DNA of 64,000 nucleotides from NCBI GenBank assembly GCA_964220215.1, contig CAXPTH010000021.1:31826-95825 (forward strand), in the 5' to 3' direction. Positions 48,747-58,151 of this stretch are shown piece after piece; the stretch's first letter is position 1, and the number at the start of each line of letters is the position of its first letter. The position numbers were made by a program, and so were the translations under genes. Below the pieces are notes generated by a model. That model was not told the DNA's origin, ran no database searches, and saw only the letters and a list, made by a program, of their open reading frames with translations. Origin of the DNA: Alteromonas sp. Lineage in GTDB: Bacteria; Margulisbacteria; Marinamargulisbacteria; UBA6595.

Positions 48747-50253
48747 TTGGGTATTTATTCTGCAAATAGTTTAAAAACGGGGTGGCGCTCAACCGTTCCC
48801 CTGTTGCGCGGTGAATAAGCGTTTCAGCATCGTACAACTGACCATGACAATGAATGGTTTCATTCAACCATTGCGTGAATGATGTAAATTCTAAGTTGGC
48901 CATACAGTCCATTAAATTTGGGATTGCCCGTTGGGCGGCTTCAAATACCATAACGCTATACAAATTGCCGAGTGTGTATGTTGGAAAATACCCAATAAGA
49001 CCGGCGGACCAATGAACATCTTGTAAAATACCCGTTCGATCATCACGCACGTGAACGCCCAATTCCTGTTGGTATTGCGCATTCCACAAATCCCGCAAGG
49101 CCATGGCATCGATTGACCCCTGAAGCATCTGTTGTTCAAGCTCAAATCGAATCATAATATGCATGTTATAACTCACCTCATCTGCAGATACTCGAATGGG
49201 CCCAGGTGCCACGTGATTAACATACCGGTACATCGTCTTGGGATCAATGTTTGCAAAGTTTTCTGGAAACACGGCCTGCAAATGAGGATGGATTCCCTCC
49301 CAAAAGGCAGCATGACGCCCAATAACAACCTCCCACACCCGGGATTGGCTCTCATGAATACCCAAAGAACAAGCCATCCCCAGCGGGGTATCCGACCATT
49401 GCGCTTTAAGGCCTTGTTCATACAAGGCATGCCCGCCTTCGTGAATGGTGCTGGACAACCCCTCTAAGATATCGGTTGGGCTAAACCGTGTGGTAATACG
49501 CACATCGTCTACACCAAATGTGGTGGTGAATGGATGCGCAGACCGATCCTGACGCCCACGATTAAAATCAAACCCCATTTTTTTCAAAATCATAACCCCC
49601 AAGTCCCACTGCTTATCCTCATCAAAGAGGCCCGGCAGTGTTGGCCGATCTTCACGAAATGAACACTGGTCTAATTGTTGCCGAAGCCCGTGTTTCAGCG
49701 GTTCAAAAACAGACGTTAGCCGCTGCGTTGTCATGCCCGGCTCAAAACAATCCAGCAGGGCATCATAGGGGTGCTGAGAATATCCCAAATACTGTGCTTT
49801 TTCACGGACAGCGCCCAAAATTTGATCCAAGTGCGGGGCAAATTGCCTATAATCATTGTGGTCTCGAGCCATTTGCCAACAATGCTGAGCTTCGGCTACC
49901 AAGGCTGCCCAACGGGTGGCAAATGCCGTGGGGATGGCCATTTTTTTTCGCCATTGGCGATACGTCTCAGACACCAACCGCGATTCTTCTAGTGTGTAAT
50001 CCGGATTCACCACGCCTGTTGTTAAATCAATGTGCGGCGCAAGCGCATTGCGCAATTCAGCTGAGTGCCATCGCTCATGCGTCATTTGGGCCAAGACTGC
50101 CGATTGCTCGGCCCGTCGATGAATCCCGCTTGGCGGCATCCCTGTTTCTTCGTCCCAGCTTAACACCGATGCAATGCTGTCCAAAACGCCCAATGGTTTT
50201 ATGACTTGAATAAGGGAATTGAGTGAAGACCGAATGACTTGAGTTGCTGTCAT
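48736..50253 (-). CDS. Carboxypeptidase Taq (M32)
   Basis: HPF, DVRITTR, HEGGHALYEQ, HESQS, IRVSADE, LQDVHW, GYFPTYTLG. Confidence 0.95.
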   Translation of the reverse strand: MTATQVIRSSLNSLIQVIKPLGVLDSIASVLSWDEETGMPPSGIHRRAEQSAVLAQMTHERWHSAELRNALAPHIDLTTGVVNPDYTLEESRLVSETYRQWRKKMAIPTAFATRWAALVAEAQHCWQMARDHNDYRQFAPHLDQILGAVREKAQYLGYSQHPYDALLDCFEPGMTTQRLTSVFEPLKHGLRQQLDQCSFREDRPTLPGLFDEDKQWDLGVMILKKMGFDFNRGRQDRSAHPFTTTFGVDDVRITTRFSPTDILEGLSSTIHEGGHALYEQGLKAQWSDTPLGMACSLGIHESQSRVWEVVIGRHAAFWEGIHPHLQAVFPENFANIDPKTMYRYVNHVAPGPIRVSADEVSYNMHIMIRFELEQQMLQGSIDAMALRDLWNAQYQQELGVHVRDDRTGILQDVHWSAGLIGYFPTYTLGNLYSVMVFEAAQRAIPNLMDCMANLEFTSFTQWLNETIHCHGQLYDAETLIHRATGERLSATPFLNYLQNKYPITD

Positions 50254-50275
50254 TGTATGGTATAATGACATCTTA

Positions 50276-51574
50276 ATGGCTGTTCTTCAATCCATTCTTC
50301 ACCAACTAAGCGAAACATTATCCGAAACCTATGGGATTTCAGACGATGTGTTTACGCAGTTGGATGTTAAACGCGGATTGCGCAATGCCGATGGGACCGG
50401 TGTATTAGCCGGCTTAACCCGAATATCGTCCGTCAAAGGGGTTGAAAAAACCGAGCATGGTGTCCAACCCTGCCACGGGGTTCTTGCCTATCGAGGGACT
50501 TCATTGGATGAATTGGTTCGCCAACTATCCCCTGATTATCAATTTGAACAAACGGTTTTTTTATTGCTCATGGGTCGATTACCAGATCCCACGGAGCTCG
50601 CTGAGCTAGTCGCCTGGATGGGCGAAAACCGCCAGCTTGATCCCAGCATTATTCGAGTCATTCAGGATCACCCCTCAACCAGTGTGATGAATACGGCTCA
50701 AACCATTATTAGTCTGTTGTATACCGTTGATGCCAATCCCCTGGCCACTGAACCGGAGGCGTTGTTTGAAAAAAGCTTAGGAATTATTGCCAAATTTCCC
50801 ATGATTGTTGCGTATGCGTATTTGTCTCAGCATAAAGGAGCCAACGCACACTACGTCACCCCAACCAACACCATGGGAACCGCAGAAGCCTTTTTATACA
50901 TGTTGCATGAAGGCAAGCCAGTACAAGAACTGGATAAAAAAACATTGGATTTAACGTTGGTTATTCATGCTGAGCATGGGGGGGGCAATAACTCATCGTT
51001 TACCACACGGGTCATTGGATCCAGCGCATCGGATTTGTATTCTACATTAGCGGGTGCCATCGGCAGCCTCAAAGGGCCTTTGCATGGAGCGGCCAATCAA
51101 AAAGTTTGCGACATGATTGACCACATCCAAGCCACGCTCCCAAACTGGGATCAACGATCCGCTGTATGCGATTACTTAACCCAAATTTTAGAAAAAAAAG
51201 CATACGACAAAACCGGCAAAATCTACGGGCTCGGGCATGCCGTTTATACATTATCCGATCCAAGAGCTATTTTGATTAAAGAAAAAGCAGAGCAATTGGC
51301 TGTCCAGTACGGAAAATCAACCGATTACCAATTATATTTGACCATTGAAATCGAAGGGCCACGTTTGTTTCAAACCGTTAAAAAAACTACCAAAGTTATT
51401 TCCCCCAATGTTGATTTTTTTAGTGGCTTTGTCTACCAATGTTTGGGGATACCCGTATCGGTATTTACCAGCATGTTTGCCATGGCACGCGTATCGGGAT
51501 GGTGCACACACTACATTGAGGAAGGGCTGTCTGGACGACGCATTATTCGACCCAAATATCAATATATTAGCTAG
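50276..51574 (+). CDS. gltA: Citrate synthase
   Basis: KRGLRN.DGTGV, HAEHGGGNNS, GPLHGAAN, GLGHAVY, NVDFFSG. Confidence 0.93.
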   Translation: MAVLQSILHQLSETLSETYGISDDVFTQLDVKRGLRNADGTGVLAGLTRISSVKGVEKTEHGVQPCHGVLAYRGTSLDELVRQLSPDYQFEQTVFLLLMGRLPDPTELAELVAWMGENRQLDPSIIRVIQDHPSTSVMNTAQTIISLLYTVDANPLATEPEALFEKSLGIIAKFPMIVAYAYLSQHKGANAHYVTPTNTMGTAEAFLYMLHEGKPVQELDKKTLDLTLVIHAEHGGGNNSSFTTRVIGSSASDLYSTLAGAIGSLKGPLHGAANQKVCDMIDHIQATLPNWDQRSAVCDYLTQILEKKAYDKTGKIYGLGHAVYTLSDPRAILIKEKAEQLAVQYGKSTDYQLYLTIEIEGPRLFQTVKKTTKVISPNVDFFSGFVYQCLGIPVSVFTSMFAMARVSGWCTHYIEEGLSGRRIIRPKYQYIS

Positions 51575-51599
51575 ATAGTCGCGCATGCATACCAACCGT

Positions 51600-51627
51600 G
51601 CAAGTTTTTATAAACACTTAACGATAT
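51600..51627 (+). promoter_or_regulatory. sigma28 (FliA/SigD)-like promoter
   Basis: GCAAGTTT-N12-AACGATAT versus consensus TAAAGTTT-N11-GCCGATAA; 40 nt upstream of ATG 51668. Confidence 0.45.
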
Positions 51628-51667
51628 AGATAATAGTATGAAAACTGTAGTCTATGGGAGTGCATAA

Positions 51668-52003
51668 ATGTCTGAAATAACAAAACCAGTCCTTCAATTT
51701 AATCCACAAATACAACGCAATGCGAGTGACTTGGATGCAGCTAAAGCGTATTTTAGTGAGTTACTGGCCTTTCAAACGGGTGTTGTGGATGCAACCGTTC
51801 GAAACTTAAATAATGATGAGAGTGATGACCTGTTGGTATTCGTTGAAGGCTTAGGCCCGGTATCGCCCGGTGACCCTGAAACATTGCGGGCCATTACGTT
51901 TCAAGAAGAATTTTATGAGCGTGGTAGTGAGATTATCTCAATAATGCTTCAAAAGACCACACAAATTATGGAAAATACGAGCAAAGCTGCCGCTGGAATG
52001 TAA
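51668..52003 (+). CDS. Small helical protein, possibly T3SS needle/inner-rod-like
   Basis: 111 aa with GGAG SD; PGDP turn followed by a ~41-aa C-terminal helix. Confidence 0.6.
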   Translation: MSEITKPVLQFNPQIQRNASDLDAAKAYFSELLAFQTGVVDATVRNLNNDESDDLLVFVEGLGPVSPGDPETLRAITFQEEFYERGSEIISIMLQKTTQIMENTSKAAAGM

Positions 52004-52941
52004 TGCTAACCCCCAATCAATCACCACAAACGGCGGCTCATTCAGCGGCTAAACAGTCTGTACACGCCAAACAAGAGGCGCCCCCAAAGCAATCAAGCCC
52101 TGATGTTCAACATTACTTTTGTGATACTGTTGATTTTAGCGTTGCGTTCAAGTGGGATTCCGTTAATCAAAGTCCTGAAGGTTTTTTCTCAACGATTGTC
52201 TCTTATATTGGAAAAACCATTCGTCCGGCTATTCAAATACTATTTGATGAATCTAAAATTAATCAGTTACTATCTGAATACGATCACATGGTCATGCAAT
52301 CAAAGTCACCGAATGTGTTAGTGGCCAATTATAGCTTAGCAAAGTTAAATGGCCTGATCACTGTGCTGCTGGGTGCTGGGATTGAACCCGCTGATTTACA
52401 TCAACGCCGTCGGGACATTATAAAAAAAGCAATTGAAGACAATCAAGCTAAATTTGCAGAAAATGAATACAATTTAGAGCTATTGGGAATTGTATCAACC
52501 ACCAAATCCAAAAAAAGTAGAAAGCTCACGCGATCTTTGATCCAAATACGCAAAGAATTGTCTGTGCATATGGAAAAATTGGGGCAATCCGATTGGTATA
52601 CCCCCCTACGCCAAACGGGTATTCAATTGGAACAACTGGACCGTATTCACGCCAATTTTACCGATGAGCACACCCAAACAGAGGATCAACTAACCTATTG
52701 GCACCATTCCGATGCTACCACTGGCATTCAGGTTCGGCTTTCAGATTTTGAGGTAGACTCTCGCAATGACTTAGAAAAAAAGAAGGCCCAATTAATGGTC
52801 TATTTCAATAAAATTCACACCCGGACCCTTTACTTAAAGCAACAACTGACTTATTGGCAGCATGCCAACCGAATTACTGACGAAGAAGCGGTGCTTCATC
52901 AAGATGTATTGGGTCTAAAGCCACAAGGGGTTGTGCAATGA
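52003..52941 (+). CDS. Hypothetical helical protein
   Basis: 312 aa, TAATG overlap with the upstream gene; two QLTYW-containing segments. Confidence 0.75.
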   Translation: MLTPNQSPQTAAHSAAKQSVHAKQEAPPKQSSPDVQHYFCDTVDFSVAFKWDSVNQSPEGFFSTIVSYIGKTIRPAIQILFDESKINQLLSEYDHMVMQSKSPNVLVANYSLAKLNGLITVLLGAGIEPADLHQRRRDIIKKAIEDNQAKFAENEYNLELLGIVSTTKSKKSRKLTRSLIQIRKELSVHMEKLGQSDWYTPLRQTGIQLEQLDRIHANFTDEHTQTEDQLTYWHHSDATTGIQVRLSDFEVDSRNDLEKKKAQLMVYFNKIHTRTLYLKQQLTYWQHANRITDEEAVLHQDVLGLKPQGVVQ

Positions 52942-54668
52942 ATACGATCAATCGATCCCATGTGTTGGATGAGCTGGAAAAGCAGCAACAACAAACCGAA
53001 CAAGAGAAACGGGTTCAAGAGATGCTTGAGAAACAGCTGCTTGAAAAAAAACAACGAGAAAAAATACTTGAAGAACTGGCCATGAAAAATACCGAGCGTG
53101 CACGACAAACCGCGCAAACTCTCGACTCAGTTTTTCAAGAATCGAAACGGCTATCCACTCAGCAGTCCGACATTGTTGCCAAGCATAAGCAAACAATTGA
53201 AACCGCCCATTTAAAACAAAAAATTCACCAATTGACACAGGCGATTGAAGCTTCAATTATACGCGCTTTAAAAACACACGAATTCAAAAATCAAGATCTA
53301 ATGCAAACCTTGGACCAAACACACGAGCATGAGCAACTCAAGGATCCTGAACACGCAAAAAGAATTGAGCAACTCAAAAACAACATTAAAAATAAAACAA
53401 CCACACCCAAAGCTATCGTTCAGCAATACATCGCCCATGTCTTTGACTTAACCCCGATTCGCAAGCAAACCAATACAGACCCGAGCAAACAAAAATCCGA
53501 ACCCCTAACTAAAGTTGATATGCTGGCATTGGGGGTAACAGAGTCCGATCTGGATTCTCTCTCACATTTAAGCGAATCCATTATTAAACAGTCGATGAAA
53601 CAGACGATGAAACAAAATTTGAAGCAATTGGTCGTTCAAAGCTTATTGGCCACGATTAACAATCAAACGGTGTCCGATCAACTGGATGCCAAAGCGCTCG
53701 AGTCCAGCTACGTATCTGTAATCAATTCATTAAAATCATCCCGAAAATTGGGGCATTCCGATACCATTGATGCTTTACACACCACTATTTTAGAGGAAGC
53801 CAAAGAAGAGGTTCGCTATGCCTTACAAACAATCGTTAGACAAAACCAGTCCGATTCGAATGGCTCAGAGGGGCAGCCGAAGGATTCAGACGCTCTGACT
53901 ATCGATAGAATGTTTGAACGGGCTCAACAAATGGGAATTATTTCGGATACTACCCAACACGGAGTCCAAAACTCCATGACTGTGGATCTATTTGACTTGG
54001 GGCACATGCTATTGGATTTTGGCAACTCTACCGATTCCGATGACACCCATTCAAACACCCATGCGTATAGCTATACCCCAGACGACGAGCATAACATTGT
54101 TTTAGACCGTATCCGAGCGAATCTAATGCAATTGGCTATTTCAGGGTCATTTATCGCCGGGCTTGTTGCCAAATTTAAACTCACTGTAGATAAACGCAGG
54201 GGCGTTAAACTAGGCATTTATAACAAAAAAATGGAACATAAACTGACTACAGAAGCCAAACAACAAGCCATCACACAGCTTCAAGCCATGTTAAATGAAG
54301 CCTTGCTAGAACGTGCATCTTTTCATACTGAATTTGGAACCGACTGGGACAACAACGCCACCAAAATCAAAGGTATTATCCGAAACTTGCAGCGACTGGA
54401 TGTGGGAATTGATGCAGACACTTTATTGCACAAAATCACCCAAGCCAATCGGGCTATGAAACCCATTGTTGAACTAGAACAGGCAAGCATTCAGACAATA
54501 CTAGACGAACCCCAAGTCCCGTCACATGTTCGGCATGCATTAAGCGAGCGATTGGCTCAAATTAAGCGGGTTCACCAACGAATTCAATCGGCAGAACCAG
54601 TGCCAGTTGAATCCAAACAAGCGGATATTTCCGCAAATCAATATCGGTCTATTTGTACAAACGTATAG
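52938..54668 (+). CDS. Hypothetical coiled-coil protein
   Basis: 576 aa, ATGA overlap; Q/E/K-rich N-terminus. Confidence 0.75.
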   Translation: MNTINRSHVLDELEKQQQQTEQEKRVQEMLEKQLLEKKQREKILEELAMKNTERARQTAQTLDSVFQESKRLSTQQSDIVAKHKQTIETAHLKQKIHQLTQAIEASIIRALKTHEFKNQDLMQTLDQTHEHEQLKDPEHAKRIEQLKNNIKNKTTTPKAIVQQYIAHVFDLTPIRKQTNTDPSKQKSEPLTKVDMLALGVTESDLDSLSHLSESIIKQSMKQTMKQNLKQLVVQSLLATINNQTVSDQLDAKALESSYVSVINSLKSSRKLGHSDTIDALHTTILEEAKEEVRYALQTIVRQNQSDSNGSEGQPKDSDALTIDRMFERAQQMGIISDTTQHGVQNSMTVDLFDLGHMLLDFGNSTDSDDTHSNTHAYSYTPDDEHNIVLDRIRANLMQLAISGSFIAGLVAKFKLTVDKRRGVKLGIYNKKMEHKLTTEAKQQAITQLQAMLNEALLERASFHTEFGTDWDNNATKIKGIIRNLQRLDVGIDADTLLHKITQANRAMKPIVELEQASIQTILDEPQVPSHVRHALSERLAQIKRVHQRIQSAEPVPVESKQADISANQYRSICTNV

Positions 54669-54678
54669 GAGAAAAAAA

Positions 54679-55485
54679 ATGAATAGTTACAATGCATCCA
54701 CATTACCCATGGCCACATTTTCATCCATGCTGGCCCAATCATCGCAAAGCTTAATCATGGCTCAACAACAAATTGATGTATTGCAGCGCAATGCCAGCAA
54801 CATGTCTACGGCGGGATTTAAAGAAATGATCACCACCATGCTACCCGACAAAACGGGCGGTATTATGTCAGCCGTTAAACTGAATTTTAGTCAAGGCGAC
54901 ATGGGTGCGGGTTCCAAAAACGATGCGGCTATTCAAGGTAATGCCCTATTTATCACACAATCCAATACCAATGACTTGATCTACACCCGTGCCGGCGAAT
55001 TTTCAGTCATTCAGCAAAATGGAAAAATCTTTTACGGCATTCGGGGCAGAAAAGCGCTGGGATTCAAAATTATCAATGGCGTTACCCGTTCAACAGCCGA
55101 GGTGATTGATATTACAGATAGCACCAACGTTGGCATTTTACCCAATGGAACGGTTGTCGCCGATGTCGATTCCGATACCCCTACCCCACTCTATCAATTG
55201 GCTTTAGCGGAATTTCACAACCCAGAGCATCTGGAAATCGAAGATGCCCTATCGTATCGGCCATCCAGAATTACCGGCCAACCCCATAAAATCGAAGCTG
55301 CCAATAGCCCATCAGGTACTATCAAGAGCGCTGTTATTGGCCAACAACGGGAACTATCCAACGTGAACGCTGCCGCCACCAATATTGAAATGGTGAATAT
55401 TAATCGCCTATTAACCATGGTCCAAAACACCGGCTTTAAAGCCATTGATACCGCCTATAAAGAAGCCATGAAAATTTTAGGTTAA
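54679..55485 (+). CDS. Flagellar rod/hook family protein (FlgG/FlgE-like, divergent)
   Basis: DVLQRNASNMSTAGFK, FSQG, DAAIQGNALF, YTRAGEF, LALAEFHNP, ELSNV; AGGAG SD. Confidence 0.8.
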   Translation: MNSYNASTLPMATFSSMLAQSSQSLIMAQQQIDVLQRNASNMSTAGFKEMITTMLPDKTGGIMSAVKLNFSQGDMGAGSKNDAAIQGNALFITQSNTNDLIYTRAGEFSVIQQNGKIFYGIRGRKALGFKIINGVTRSTAEVIDITDSTNVGILPNGTVVADVDSDTPTPLYQLALAEFHNPEHLEIEDALSYRPSRITGQPHKIEAANSPSGTIKSAVIGQQRELSNVNAAATNIEMVNINRLLTMVQNTGFKAIDTAYKEAMKILG

Positions 55486-57089
55486 GCCTTTATCTCAATT
55501 CGCTTAATAATGTGATAATAATCTTGGATCCGATGCCCAGCTGTTAATGGCGTCTCTAAATCAGCCCACGTTAACGTGTCAACCGCTAGAATATCTTTAA
55601 TTTTACCCGTTAATTCGGGCAACACCGGTTGCAAATAAATCGCTAAATAGCGCCACGCATGGATGGCCGTTGTGCAAACGGCCTGTGCAGCGACTGGATC
55701 TGTTTTAACCAAGGCCCAGGGTTCAGCCTCATGAATATACCCATTCACTTGCTCAGCCAACCGCATGATTACCGACATGGCTTTATTGTAATTTAACTGA
55801 TTGTAATACTCTGCAAGCGTATGTTTTTGATCTAAAATCGCCGCAATAATATCAGCGCCCGCTGCATCGGGTGTTGATAATTCATTATTGAGGGATTTTT
55901 TTAGAATAGAGCCTGTTCGACTCCCTATATTCACAAATTTGCCCAACACATCGGCATTAATGCGATGCACAAAATCCACATCATTAAAATCGATGTCTCG
56001 CATATCCCCCGATAATTTAACCGCATAGTAATACCGCAACAATTCTGGCTCATACCGCTGGGCAAAGTCATGGGCCAAAATAAAGGTCCCCCGGCTCTTG
56101 GACATCTTCTCGCCATTAACCGTCAAAAACCCATGTACATGCAACTGCGTGGGCAAATTAGCACCCAAAACCGATAGCATCGCCGGCCAAAATAATCCAT
56201 GAAAATACAAAATGTCTTTCCCAATAAAATGATGAATTTCAACTGAATCTTGAAACCAAATGGTACTTAATGCACGATCATTCGGGTGTTCCATTGCCAA
56301 TTGATCCGTCATTGCCATGTACCCGAATGGGGCATCCACCCAGACATAGAAATACTGATCCGAACCCGGAATTTTAAACCCAAAATACGGACCCTCTCGT
56401 GAGATATCCCAGTCGTTTAACCCCCCATCAAACCACTCGCTTAATTTGTTTTTAACATCATCGCGAAACGCCGACTGGTTCAGCCAATGTTGCAAAAAAT
56501 CTTGATACGATTGCAATGAAAAAAAATAATGATCACTATCTTTCAGCATAGGCGTTGCTGAACAATGCGAACATTGCGGGTCTATCAAATCACTGGGTTT
56601 GTACGTAATCCCACATTGCTCACACACGTCCCCATATTGATCCGGTGCTTGGCACTTTGGGCAGGTGCCCTTTACCAATCGATCCGGCAAAAACAACGAA
56701 CACGCCGCACAATACATTTGAACAATGGTTTTTTTGTATATCGCCTTGGCCTGAGTAGCCGCTTGAAAAAATTGCTCACTGCGGACACGATTGGCCTCAC
56801 AATGGGTTTGCCCATAATAATCAAACTGAACATGATACCGTTCAAAATCCGCACGGTGTTCGTGATATATTGTCTGAATATAGTCTTCCGGGGCAACCCC
56901 TTGTTTTTGAGCACTAAGCATAATTGGTGTTCCATGCGCATCATCCGCACACACGTAATGACAGGTTCGGCCCATGCTGCGCTGAAATCGAACAAAAATA
57001 TCCGTCTGAATGTATTCCACCATATGCCCCAAATGCAACGGGCCATTCGCATAAGGCAACGCACTGGTAACCAACATTGTATTTTTCAT
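55482..57089 (-). CDS. metG: Methionine--tRNA ligase (no C-terminal tRNA-binding domain)
   Basis: ALPYANGPLHLGH, DDAHGT, WDISR, YVWVDAP, GKDI, KMSKS. Confidence 0.96.
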   Translation of the reverse strand: MKNTMLVTSALPYANGPLHLGHMVEYIQTDIFVRFQRSMGRTCHYVCADDAHGTPIMLSAQKQGVAPEDYIQTIYHEHRADFERYHVQFDYYGQTHCEANRVRSEQFFQAATQAKAIYKKTIVQMYCAACSLFLPDRLVKGTCPKCQAPDQYGDVCEQCGITYKPSDLIDPQCSHCSATPMLKDSDHYFFSLQSYQDFLQHWLNQSAFRDDVKNKLSEWFDGGLNDWDISREGPYFGFKIPGSDQYFYVWVDAPFGYMAMTDQLAMEHPNDRALSTIWFQDSVEIHHFIGKDILYFHGLFWPAMLSVLGANLPTQLHVHGFLTVNGEKMSKSRGTFILAHDFAQRYEPELLRYYYAVKLSGDMRDIDFNDVDFVHRINADVLGKFVNIGSRTGSILKKSLNNELSTPDAAGADIIAAILDQKHTLAEYYNQLNYNKAMSVIMRLAEQVNGYIHEAEPWALVKTDPVAAQAVCTTAIHAWRYLAIYLQPVLPELTGKIKDILAVDTLTWADLETPLTAGHRIQDYYHIIKRIEIKA

Positions 57090-57119
57090 TATCTGTTTAG
57101 CATACACCACGCTAGGCAG

Positions 57120-58151
57120 CTAGGCAATTAAATCTTGATTGTATTGCTCTAAGGCAAATCCAGATAAACTGGCCGTTAAGCCAATCATAACCGGACCAAT
57201 AACCAAGCCAGAAATACCAAATAACGGCAACCCAACAATAATACCAAAAATAGTCGTTAATGGATGAATTTTTCCGATTCGCTTTTGAACCCACGGCCGA
57301 ATTAAGTTATCCAAATTGCTAATTAACACCCCCATCACTAGAACAATAACCGCCTGAATGGGTTGCTGATGAATGAGATGATACACCGCCACCGGCACCC
57401 AAATAAAGGGCACTCCAATCATGGGAATAAACGACAAAACACAGGCAATTAACATCAACACAAAGGCATTCGGCGTTGCCGTACCAAACAGAACAGCGCC
57501 CAATGACAATCCTTGAAACAAGGCCACAACCACCGTGCTAATGACAAACGAGCGAATGGTTTTTTGAAAAATATCCGTAATTTTATCTAAGTAAATGCGC
57601 TTGCTGGGCCAATAGGCCATCACGCCACTAATCCAACGGGTTTGCTCTGTAAACGCAAAAAATAAAATAACATACATAATAATAATATTAATAAAAAATC
57701 CACCCACGTTGGTAATGGCCGCCAAGACAAAATCCCCACTTTTGGATACCAATTGCCCCACAGCGCCGGGTAACAATTGATTCACTAAAAAGGTATTAGA
57801 CTGAACAAATACTTGCAAAAATCCGGGCCATTCCACCGGCTGACTCAAAAACCACATTAAACTTTTATAAAATCGGGGCACATTAGAAATTAATGTTGGG
57901 ATCACAAATAGTATGGGAACAATAATTATAATAAACGTTAGTAGAATCACACCCAATGCGGCCACCATGCGGGAGCTGGTTAACCGCTCGGCTTTGAGAT
58001 ACAAGGCATTAAATAAAACAAACAAAACAACCGCTTCAAAAAATGACGCTACAAACGGCCATAAATTGATTAATGAAAACCAAACCAAGCCAATAGTAGC
58101 AGCATATAAAAATATGGGGCGCGGAGGGGTTTTATCGTGCACTGGCCACAT
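57120..58151 (-). CDS. AI-2E (PerM) family transporter
   Basis: SFIPMIG, DNLIRP, IHPL, FGISGLVIGP; start uncertain. Confidence 0.85.
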   Translation of the reverse strand: MWPVHDKTPPRPIFLYAATIGLVWFSLINLWPFVASFFEAVVLFVLFNALYLKAERLTSSRMVAALGVILLTFIIIIVPILFVIPTLISNVPRFYKSLMWFLSQPVEWPGFLQVFVQSNTFLVNQLLPGAVGQLVSKSGDFVLAAITNVGGFFINIIIMYVILFFAFTEQTRWISGVMAYWPSKRIYLDKITDIFQKTIRSFVISTVVVALFQGLSLGAVLFGTATPNAFVLMLIACVLSFIPMIGVPFIWVPVAVYHLIHQQPIQAVIVLVMGVLISNLDNLIRPWVQKRIGKIHPLTTIFGIIVGLPLFGISGLVIGPVMIGLTASLSGFALEQYNQDLIA

